56,665 bases of DNA from a virus, in IMG/VR virus record IMGVR_UViG_3300035039_000184. The stretch is one strand, 5' to 3'. The notes beneath the pieces were generated by a model. It was not told the DNA's origin. It made no database searches and saw nothing but the letters and a program-made list of their open reading frames with translations. The position numbers were made by a program, and so were the translations under genes. Shown here piece by piece: positions 49,396 to 56,665 of the stretch (the stretch's first letter is position 1; each line of letters starts with the position of its first letter).

Positions 49396-49453
49396 GGGAG
49401 TCTTCCTTTTATTTTAAGCCACGACAAGGGTGGCAAAAGGAGAGTGAGGAGAA

Positions 49454-50536
49454 ATGGGTAAAAAGACCAACCGAGAGGAGTCTTTTGACCAGGAGCAGTT
49501 CGACCGTGAATTCTTTGGCGAGGTTGAGGAAGACGACACTGGTCTTTTTTCAGGAAGGTCCGACGATGACTTCGAAGATGAAGACGAAGAAGTTGAAGAG
49601 GAAGACGAAAGCAAGAAGTCAACTGAGGAACCGGATGCCGAAGAAGGGAACGAAGGCGAGGAATACGAGGAGGATATCCTTGGAGACGATGAGGAGCCGG
49701 ACGATGAGGAGTTAGAGCAAGACGAAGAGGACGAAGAGGAGGACTCCAAAAAGGACGAGGCCAGTCCCAAAAAAGGAGCAACCGAATCAGATCCCCTTGT
49801 CACTCTCGTTCATCAGGGACGGGAAATTCCGATTCGATCAAAAGAGGACCTTGCAATTCTCGCACAGCAGGGGCTTGACTATACAGCAAAGACTCAGGCC
49901 CTTTCGCCATGGAGAAGTTTAATTCAATATCTGAACTCCAACCCTGAGGTGTTACAGGATATACAGGCGAGGATGGAGGGTAAGGAACCACAAAAAGAGG
50001 ACAAGGAAGAAAAAACAGCCCTCCCGGAACAACGAGAAGATGAGACCTACGAGGAATACGTAGCCAGGGTTGCGAGAGAGAGTGCAAAGCAGGAGTACGA
50101 GAGCAGACAGAAAAGCGAGAGCAGGAAGAATGACCAGATTGCCCGTACTGTAAGCAACGTGCAGAAGGATCCCCTCTTCCGACCTGTGGTCCAGTTAATG
50201 ACCGAGGACCTCAAGAACGGAAGATTGAGCCAGGAAGAGTATCAGAGAGCCAACAAGGACCCAAACGCATTTGCGGAGCTTTACACGAGATATCGCACCA
50301 CAGCGGATGTCCTGATACGAAACTCCCAGAAAAAGAAGAAGGAGCCCGGAGTGCCGGAACCAACCGACAAAAAGACTCCGGTAAAGAAGAAGACAAGAAA
50401 GACCTTTACCGAGAAGTCACGGAGGAAAAAGGCAACTCCGTCTTCTAAGGAGATAACCGACAGGGCAATCGAGGAAATGGACAACGAATCCCTCGAACAG
50501 CTCATCGAGCGAGTGAAAGGAGGAGAAAAAATTTAA
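49454..50536 (+). CDS. scaffolding protein (candidate)
   Basis: 360 aa with an extremely acidic N-terminal third, then a K/E/R-rich helical region. It lies immediately upstream of the capsid gene. Confidence 0.6.
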   Translation: MGKKTNREESFDQEQFDREFFGEVEEDDTGLFSGRSDDDFEDEDEEVEEEDESKKSTEEPDAEEGNEGEEYEEDILGDDEEPDDEELEQDEEDEEEDSKKDEASPKKGATESDPLVTLVHQGREIPIRSKEDLAILAQQGLDYTAKTQALSPWRSLIQYLNSNPEVLQDIQARMEGKEPQKEDKEEKTALPEQREDETYEEYVARVARESAKQEYESRQKSESRKNDQIARTVSNVQKDPLFRPVVQLMTEDLKNGRLSQEEYQRANKDPNAFAELYTRYRTTADVLIRNSQKKKKEPGVPEPTDKKTPVKKKTRKTFTEKSRRKKATPSSKEITDRAIEEMDNESLEQLIERVKGGEKI

Positions 50537-50550
50537 CCGAGGTGATATAA

Positions 50551-51474
50551 GTGAACACCACAACCAGTTTACCTTCAAGGGTGGAGAAATTTTACGTTCG
50601 CACCCTTCTTAAAAGGGCACTGCCCTTTCTTTGCCATAGAAACTGGGCTCAGCACAAGCCAATGAAGAAAAACAGCGGAAAGCAGATCAACTTCACAAGA
50701 TTTGCTTCCCTGGGGCTTGCCACAACTGCCCTTACCGAAGGTGTGACACCTGAAGGACAGGACCTCTCACAAAGCACCATCACTGCGACACTCAAGCAGT
50801 ATGGCGGCTGGGTTCCTGTTACCGATGTTGTTACACTTACCAATTTTGACCCTGCCCTTACTGAGGCCATCGAGCTTCTTGGAGAGCAGAAAGGTCAGAC
50901 CGTAGATGTCCTCATGAGAGACACTATGCTTGCCGGAACCAACGTATGGTACGCCGGTGCAGTTGCGGCACAGAGCTCCATAATCACAGGCCCCTCTGAG
51001 GCAGATCTGAGGGGAATCGTGAGGTTCCTCAAGAACGCCAACGCCAAGAGGATTACTCGGATGATCAATCCCACCACGGGAGTGGGCACCGTTCCGATTC
51101 CTCCATGCTTTATCGCCATATGCGATACCGACGCTTCCGACGACTTTGAACAGCTCTCTAACTTCACGAGGGTTGAGGAATATGCATCCCAGAAGGGAGT
51201 AATGGAGAACGAGATCGGCAAGATAGGCATAGTCCGTTTTGTCGAGACCACTCTCGGCAAGGTGGAATCAGCTGCCGGAGACGCGGTAGGGACCAGCGGA
51301 CTCATAGCCGCAGACGACACCAATGTGGACGTCTACAAGACTCCCATCTTCGGTGCCGAGGCTTACGGTGAGTCTCCGCTGAACGCCGGAACTGTCGGAG
51401 TTATCGTGAAGAGTCACGTCAAGAACGATACTTCCGATACTTCGGACCCATTGAACCAGAGAAACACGGCGGGT
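50551..51474 (+). CDS. major capsid protein (N4-gp56 family), exon 1
   Basis: KFYVRTLLKRALP..KPMKKNSGKQINFTRF..LTEGVTPEGQDLS..TATLKQYGGWVPVTD..ELLGEQKGQTVDVLMRD..GTNVWYAG matches that family. The exon ends ...DPLNQRNTAG with the last nucleotide T. Confidence 0.85.
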
Positions 51475-52711
51475 AAACATTTACAGGCAGCTGCCTGATC
51501 CTGCTCGCCTTAAACCTCTTCTGATTAACTGGGGAACCCCTAACGATAAAGACGAGGGCAACCCACAACAAGGTCACTTGGCAAGGCCAATACCGGTTGC
51601 AACGACTGAGTGAAGAGGCCATGCAAAGCATGGAAGCGACAGTCTGAACTGCATGGAAACATGCAGAGCGAGATCCGAAGAGTTCTCGCCGCTTGGGATT
51701 ATTGACACAACTGACACCCTCAACTAAAATAGTATTGTTGGAGGTGTTGAGATGACAAAGGAGATTTTTACACGGGAATTATTGGAGCATTTCAAAGGGA
51801 TGGGCTTGACTACAACTGAAATTTCTAAAATGATTTATGGACATCCTGAAAATTACAGAAATATCAGGAGAGCCTATAGGCGTCATAGTATCGAGCCTTG
51901 CAAGACACAACCGCTTAAGCCGTCGAGGGAAGAACTTGAACAAATGATTAACAGTGGCAAGACTCCATATGAGATAGCTAATGAACTTGGATATGGAAAT
52001 GGTGGATGGAGTAATATTTACAAATATTGCAGAGACTATGGAATTACAGATTTTGACTTCTCTACAAACGCCGAGGCAAAGAGTAGAGAAGTTAAGGGAG
52101 ATATTGCTTCTGTTGTATTTGGGACGCTTCTCGGTGACGCAACAGTAAATAGTTATGGAGCTCTTGTGGTTTGTCATGGAGAAAAGCAACTCTCTTATTT
52201 GAAATGGATAAAAGAAAAACTTGGGTGGCTTGCCATGCCTAAGCTTTACAAATCCGATAGGCCTCATAAACCTCCATTTAGCAAATTGCCAACATATTCA
52301 GTACGTAGCCATCATCATCCTTTTTTGAAAGAACTGAGGGAAAAGCTATGGATTAATGGAGAAAAGCGAATATCATCTCTCTTGGATCGATGTTATTTTG
52401 ATGAACTATCTTTAGCGGTTTGGTATTTTGATGATGGGTCCCTTAATAAGAATTCTGGTGTAGTTACATTTGCGACCAACGGGTTCCCTGTAGTAGATGT
52501 GGAACTCATAAGAGAGTTTATGCGCGAAAGGTTTGACATACAAACAGTTTTGGAACCAAGGAGAAACAACACGTATTCTATAAGAATCAATAAATCAAAA
52601 ACTCCACGGTTCTTTGATCTCATAAAATCCCGTATAGAGAAAACTCCACCGTCAATGGAGTATAAAATCCCAAGTCAGTAGGAGGAGCCCACCTCCGAAA
52701 GTAACAGAATG
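51475..52711 (+). mobile_element. self-splicing intron (group I-like) carrying a LAGLIDADG homing endonuclease
   Basis: The capsid frame is broken after GGT (51474) and resumes at TGG (52712), giving ..NTAG|WKVLWAGEILDDDHIVRYEH, the conserved family C-terminus. The 5' exon ends in U and the intron ends in G (52711). A candidate P1 pairs GGCGGGU with gctcgcc (51503-51509), giving a U-G wobble at the splice site. Confidence 0.7.
51752..52681 (+). CDS. LAGLIDADG homing endonuclease (double-motif) with N-terminal HTH-like region
   Basis: Own SD ggaggtg. Motifs VVFGTLLGDATVN and LAVWYFDDGSLNKN. It is AT-richer than the flanking capsid exons. Confidence 0.8.
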   Translation: MTKEIFTRELLEHFKGMGLTTTEISKMIYGHPENYRNIRRAYRRHSIEPCKTQPLKPSREELEQMINSGKTPYEIANELGYGNGGWSNIYKYCRDYGITDFDFSTNAEAKSREVKGDIASVVFGTLLGDATVNSYGALVVCHGEKQLSYLKWIKEKLGWLAMPKLYKSDRPHKPPFSKLPTYSVRSHHHPFLKELREKLWINGEKRISSLLDRCYFDELSLAVWYFDDGSLNKNSGVVTFATNGFPVVDVELIREFMRERFDIQTVLEPRRNNTYSIRINKSKTPRFFDLIKSRIEKTPPSMEYKIPSQ

Positions 52712-52810
52712 TGGAAAGTCTTGTGGGCAGGAGAGATCCTGGACGACGATCATATCGTAAGGTATGAACACGGAGTCAACGAGCTTGGTGCAATGAGTGA
52801 AAGTGCATAG
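52712..52810 (+). CDS. major capsid protein, exon 2
   Basis: WKVLWAGEILDDDHIVRYEHGVNELGAMSESA-stop, in frame with exon 1 after removal of the 1,237-nt intron. Confidence 0.8.
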   Translation, partial: WKVLWAGEILDDDHIVRYEHGVNELGAMSESA

Positions 52811-52817
52811 ATTTACG

Positions 52818-52847
52818 GGGCCGGATATTTCCGGCCCATTTTCTTTG
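52818..52847 (+). terminator. rho-independent terminator after the capsid gene
   Basis: Stem gggccgga/tccggccc with loop tatt, followed by attttctttg. Confidence 0.7.
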
Positions 52848-53085
52848 ACTGAGAGGTGAGTAAATTGATACCAGCAAAATACTTTGCGGAGAACAATAAG
52901 ATATTGCCATAGGTGGTAGAGGGAACTCCTACATCTGCCGATGTTTTGCCCGGCAAGATATATACATTGACACTACAAACAAGGCCATAGATATAGTTGT
53001 GGCCGTCGGAGATGACAATGCCCTGACAACCGTGGAGCTCGCAAGCTACGCCACTTAGGGAATAGTCTGAATAAAACAATCCAGG

Positions 53086-53116
53086 GAGGGAGGGCTTATG
53101 CTCTCCCTCTTTTTTG
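53086..53116 (+). terminator. second terminator-like hairpin
   Basis: Stem gagggaggg/ctctccctc (one G-U pair), loop cttatg, followed by tttttt. Confidence 0.55.
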
Positions 53117-53138
53117 TGAATGAAAGGGGAAATGAAAG

Positions 53139-53621
53139 ATGAGAGGCAGAACAAACGAGTTTATAAAACCAAGCCATACATATGAGGCTATTGTCTACGA
53201 CCACAGGAATTCAACTGCAGAGACCTTCTCTGCTGCCCTGAATGGAAAGAGAGTAATGAGACCTGTGGGAATTCCGACAAAGATCCCCGGCTGGGCGATT
53301 ATCGTTATCCAGGAGGCCGTCGTAAAGAGGCCGATCATGAGCAACAACAAGGAAAACGGAATGCCGGAGATAGTTGGATACAAGAGAAGCCCGAGATATT
53401 CGGTCGAGGTCCTGAGCGATCTTACCGACAAGAAGGAACACCATCTTCCACGTATCGCTAATGAGTCAGTGGAGCTTCTCACAGTAGAGGACAAAGAAAG
53501 ATCTCTTGACGACATGACGAGAGACGATCTTAGGGAGATGGCAAAGCAGATGGGAATTACGAGAGCCACAGCGATGAGCAAGGCGGATCTGATCAAGAAC
53601 ATAGAACTTATGCGAACCTAA
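53139..53621 (+). CDS. hypothetical head-associated protein with C-terminal Rho_N/SAP-like motif
   Basis: The C-terminus MTRDDLREMAKQMGITRATAMSKADLIKNIE resembles the Rho N-terminal-domain motif seen on many phage head proteins. Confidence 0.5.
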   Translation: MRGRTNEFIKPSHTYEAIVYDHRNSTAETFSAALNGKRVMRPVGIPTKIPGWAIIVIQEAVVKRPIMSNNKENGMPEIVGYKRSPRYSVEVLSDLTDKKEHHLPRIANESVELLTVEDKERSLDDMTRDDLREMAKQMGITRATAMSKADLIKNIELMRT

Positions 53622-53642
53622 ACCCGAGGGAGGGGAAGTTGA

Positions 53643-54365
53643 ATGATATTAACGAGTTCGATAATAACAAAAATCTGCAGGGAGCTTGAAGATCCCAGAT
53701 CCGATCCCGAGGACGAGAGGGAGTACAGTACACAGGCCCTGCTTGACTGGCTCTATGACGGTTATCGGCTTCTCCTCCCACTGATCATCGAAAACAATCC
53801 GGCTATGGTGTGGAGAAAAGACAGAGTTGATTTCACGGAGCCAGATGACGGATCGAAGGATTTGGCATTTACTCCAATTGCAGCCATAGCTGCCTACTAT
53901 ACAAATAAAAACTACTGGTTAAGCCCGATAAGGGACTCCTTTTCAATCCCAAACGTTATAGTATACGGCTCCGCTGTCGGGGCACCGGCAATGCCCATGA
54001 TGTCCTTCACCGACTTTGATCCGGAGGAGACCGGACATCCAGTGGCATATTTCATCGAGGGAGAGAAAACACTGTCTCTTCGGCCAATACCTGCAGAGGA
54101 TATAAGGATAACTCTGTGGTCAGTGGAGGATCCAGAGAGTTTCGAGTGGGACCCCGGGGAGGAAGAGGATACTCAGATAAATATTCCCTCCTTTATGGAG
54201 CCATATCTGAAGGAATATACCCTTGTTAGGGCGAGAAACCGGGGAGAGGCAAGCATGAATCTGGAGGCATCCTTCATGCAGAACTGGGAGAAGGAAATAA
54301 GATACCAGCTTGAAAAGAGAGCTGGAGGAATGCTTACGGCAGGATCGAGCTATGTCGCAGAGTAG
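53643..54365 (+). CDS. hypothetical structural protein (head-tail adaptor candidate)
   Basis: 240-aa ORF with SD gagggagggga upstream. Assigned by position between the capsid and tail genes only. Confidence 0.4.
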   Translation: MILTSSIITKICRELEDPRSDPEDEREYSTQALLDWLYDGYRLLLPLIIENNPAMVWRKDRVDFTEPDDGSKDLAFTPIAAIAAYYTNKNYWLSPIRDSFSIPNVIVYGSAVGAPAMPMMSFTDFDPEETGHPVAYFIEGEKTLSLRPIPAEDIRITLWSVEDPESFEWDPGEEEDTQINIPSFMEPYLKEYTLVRARNRGEASMNLEASFMQNWEKEIRYQLEKRAGGMLTAGSSYVAE

Positions 54366-54376
54366 GAGTTGGTCTC

Positions 54377-55882
54377 ATGGGAAGATATAAAAACCCCTTT
54401 GAAGATCCTGTAGAGATAGGAATAGGAGGTCTAAACGTTTCGAGACCACCTCACAAGATACACGATACGGAGATAGCAGGAGGATACAACTTCTGGCTGA
54501 CTCCAAATGGGGAGTTCGGTACAAGGCCGGGGACGACTGCGATACTTGATTCGGCTATGTCGGACTCGATAAGGGCTATTTTCTACTATGTTCCCGGCGA
54601 CGAGATAGTCTTCGTGTCGGGGACAAAGGTGTACGTGGTCAACAGGACTGGTGGAGTTCCAGTTGAGCTCGGAGCAATAAGCTCGGGGCTCGATTCAGGA
54701 GAGGTAACAGGGGAGATGTTCTGCGGATATCTCTTCATAGCGTCTGGAGGAGCCCTTCAGTATTATGACGGGTCGACTCTTTCAACCCTTTCGTCAGGGA
54801 GCACTTACTCTCTTGACCCTCCATCTACAGTGAGCCTTTTGGCAGTTGTCAAGAACAGGATGTGGCTCGGAGAGGGCTCGGATATTTTCTACTCCGGAGT
54901 TGCCAACTATCAGGACTGGGGAAGGGACCCGACGTCACCTGAAGGAGAAGGAGCCCGGCTGAACGGAGGATCTTTCTCTGTGCAGAACCAGGACGGAGAC
55001 AGTATAACAGCCTTTGCCACCTTTCAAGGAGACTTGCTCGTGTTCAAGGGTGTAAACAACAACACAATCCACGCAGTACTCGGCGAAACTTCTGATGATT
55101 TCTATCCCAAACAGAAGTCAAAGGGATTGTCATGTGTGAACTCCATGGCGGCAGGGACCGTCGATTCTGACGTTCTTTTCTGCGGAAACGGTGGAGTCTA
55201 CAGCTATCGTGTTGTAGACACCGTAGGCAATACACAGGCAGTGCCGATATCTCTCAAGATCAATCCGGAGCTCGATATCTCGGATGTGGTGTCAGCCACC
55301 TATGCACCTTCAATAGGATATTTCTTCGTGATCATGGGGAACGGATTTACATATCTGTACCACAAGCCGACCCAGACCTGGTATAAGTGGATACTTGAAT
55401 TTTCTCCGGTAGATGTTGCGGAGTTCAAGGATTTTATCTACTTCGGGGCATCTGATGGTCAGATATACAGACTGAACGATGATTCGAAAACTGACAATGG
55501 AAACGAGTTTTACTCAGTGGTCAGAACAAAGGTATTCAAAGGTTCTTCTCCGAGGGCTATAAACATACAGAGACTGTATGCATGGATAAAATACAAGAGT
55601 TCTGGAATTCTGAATATGACTGCTTACGGAAAAATTGGAGAGGAAAAGCTCAAGTCAAGATCAAATACTGGAGAGGGAATAGATATATTCGCTTTTGGCT
55701 CTGATTCTGCCGTATTTGGCGGAGAGGGAGTTGTCTTCGGAAGCGTGGTTCAGACCAGAAAACTCATGTTCAAGATAAACAGGGAAGCTGACGACGTACA
55801 GATAAAATTTACTACAAAGGCAAAGATAATCATCATGCACATCTCTTTAGACGGTGCATACCTTTCCAAGAGGGGGAGATAA
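54377..55882 (+). CDS. tail structural protein (beta-rich, tail tubular/nozzle-type candidate)
   Basis: 501-aa ORF. The N-terminus GGLNVSRPPHKIHDTEIAGGYNFWLTPNGEFGTRPG resembles the start of podovirus tail tubular proteins. It lies directly upstream of the fibre gene. Confidence 0.45.
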   Translation: MGRYKNPFEDPVEIGIGGLNVSRPPHKIHDTEIAGGYNFWLTPNGEFGTRPGTTAILDSAMSDSIRAIFYYVPGDEIVFVSGTKVYVVNRTGGVPVELGAISSGLDSGEVTGEMFCGYLFIASGGALQYYDGSTLSTLSSGSTYSLDPPSTVSLLAVVKNRMWLGEGSDIFYSGVANYQDWGRDPTSPEGEGARLNGGSFSVQNQDGDSITAFATFQGDLLVFKGVNNNTIHAVLGETSDDFYPKQKSKGLSCVNSMAAGTVDSDVLFCGNGGVYSYRVVDTVGNTQAVPISLKINPELDISDVVSATYAPSIGYFFVIMGNGFTYLYHKPTQTWYKWILEFSPVDVAEFKDFIYFGASDGQIYRLNDDSKTDNGNEFYSVVRTKVFKGSSPRAINIQRLYAWIKYKSSGILNMTAYGKIGEEKLKSRSNTGEGIDIFAFGSDSAVFGGEGVVFGSVVQTRKLMFKINREADDVQIKFTTKAKIIIMHISLDGAYLSKRGR

Positions 55883-55885
55883 CAG

Positions 55886-56665
55886 ATGCCGATATTTACC
55901 AAGAGAGAGGAGGATTTTGTTCTCGGTCAGGACATTCTTCCAGGACCGTTTAACAGCCTCTTTGACGGAATATATACAGACCTGAACCTTCTGGCCGTAG
56001 ACTTTTATGGTTCGAGCGAGCCCACGAGCACGGCCTATGGTATGAAGTGGCACGATACTGGTGAGACTCCGAACGTGATTCGGGTCTATACATCCGGCGA
56101 TACCGATCGCTGGCTATGGATGGGAATATGGATCGGAGCGGAAGTCAACCGTCCTTCCTACCCTGCAACAGGAGCAATATGGATAGACAGCGAAAACAAC
56201 TATTATGTCCATGTATATACCGGGTCTGCATGGCAGGCTACTGGGATATCAGCCGCAAGTGTGGTGTACGACAACACCGATTCCGGCCTGACAGCAACTG
56301 ACGTGAAGGCTGCCATAGATGAGATAGTTACATCTATAAATACTAAGGTTAATACATCGGACTACGAAGATTTGGACGTGCTCAACAAGGTAAAGACTGT
56401 TGACGGCACAGGTTCAGGATTAGACGCAGACCTGCTGGATGGACAACATGCGTCTCATTTTGATGATGCGATAAATACTAAGGTTAATACATCGGACTAC
56501 GAAGATTTGGACGTGCTCAACAAGGTAAAGACTGTTGACGGCACAGGTTCAGGATTAGACGCAGACCTGCTGGATGGACAACATGCGTCTCATTTTGATG
56601 ATGCGATAAATACTAAGGTTAATACATCGGACTACGAAGATTTGGACGTGCTCAACAAGGTAAAG
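55886..56665 (+). CDS. tail fibre protein, N-terminal part (open to the window end, continues at nt 128 of the circle; see 2..439)
   Basis: ATG at 55886 lies 4 nt after the upstream stop. There are exactly 260 codons to the window end without a stop. It was not listed in the ORF track because it lacks a stop. Confidence 0.8.
   Translation, partial: MPIFTKREEDFVLGQDILPGPFNSLFDGIYTDLNLLAVDFYGSSEPTSTAYGMKWHDTGETPNVIRVYTSGDTDRWLWMGIWIGAEVNRPSYPATGAIWIDSENNYYVHVYTGSAWQATGISAASVVYDNTDSGLTATDVKAAIDEIVTSINTKVNTSDYEDLDVLNKVKTVDGTGSGLDADLLDGQHASHFDDAINTKVNTSDYEDLDVLNKVKTVDGTGSGLDADLLDGQHASHFDDAINTKVNTSDYEDLDVLNKVK
56336..56665 (+). repeat. in-frame 135-nt (45-aa) perfect tandem repeat in the tail fibre gene (copies at 56336, 56471, 56606; third copy diverges after the junction at nt ~128-202)
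   Basis: The unit ataaatactaaggtt...cattttgatgatgcg encodes INTKVNTSDYEDLDVLNKVKTVDGTGSGLDADLLDGQHASHFDDA. The period was measured from the coordinates 56336/56471/56606. Confidence 0.85.

Noticed and set aside
52813-53154. 113-aa - strand ORF between the capsid gene and the next head gene.
   Set aside because: It runs antisense through two + strand terminators, has no SD, and has an unusual Cys/Ser/Leu-rich translation. The region is more likely decayed or non-coding.
56336-56665. Possible CRISPR array or non-coding satellite at the window end.
   Set aside because: The period is 135 nt with no unique spacers, and the units are in frame within the tail-fibre ORF. They encode a fibre-type GSGLDADLLDG motif.
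1-56665. Alternative genetic code or stop-codon reassignment, prompted by the in-frame TAGs at 52910 and 52988 and the start-less ORF at 22883-23023.
   Set aside because: TAA, TAG and TGA each terminate several well-supported genes at family-typical lengths (e.g. TAG ends capsid exon 2 and the portal gene, TGA ends dut, TAA ends ssb). No suppressor tRNA was seen, and long ORFs are intact under the standard code.

Overview
The window is a complete tailed-phage genome assembled as a circle. Nt 1-127 are identical to nt 56539-56665, so the unique length is about 56,538 bp, and the tail-fibre gene runs across the artificial break. Nearly all genes are on the + strand in tightly packed, translationally coupled operons with strong GGAGG-type ribosome-binding sites. 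Two short modules (22586-22882 and 37293-40157) are on the - strand.

Gene order:
- Tail-fibre end plus accessory genes (1-2044).
- An Mtd-like C-type-lectin receptor-binding gene with a DGR-style variable C-terminus, followed by a truncated avd remnant (2046-3606).
- Four low-complexity internal-virion-type proteins (3663-7511).
- A 4,360-aa giant protein with a hydrophobic N-terminus, an N6-adenine methyltransferase module and an SNF2/DEAH helicase module (7526-20608, about 23% of the genome).
- A lysis cassette (GH108 endolysin, membrane proteins, 3TM holin, and a 46-aa micro-ORF resembling the glycyl-radical C-terminus of NrdD).
- An early/middle region: YqaJ exonuclease, RecT, C5 methyltransferase, DnaD-like initiator, DnaC-like loader, an array of small paralogous ORFs, an RNA-ligase-like enzyme, YopX, XRE regulators, SSB, ASCH, dUTPase, RuvC and an ArpU-like regulator.
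- A reverse-strand accessory module with duplicated small HTH genes and an acidic tandem-repeat protein.
- Packaging, head and tail genes: TerS, TerL, a DUF2829/Tad2-like protein, a DHH phosphoesterase, portal, scaffold, an N4-gp56-family major capsid gene split by a 1,237-nt LAGLIDADG intron, tail proteins and the tail fibre.

I recognised no tape-measure, tail-tube, DNA polymerase, integrase, reverse transcriptase, tRNA, rRNA or CRISPR array. By inference the morphology is probably podovirus-like and the lifestyle probably lytic. The host cannot be determined from the sequence; the gene families (ArpU, YopX, SaV/DUF3310, DnaD-like initiator) and the SD strength suggest a Gram-positive-type or related anaerobe. 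All functional calls rest on motif recognition by eye, not on database searches.
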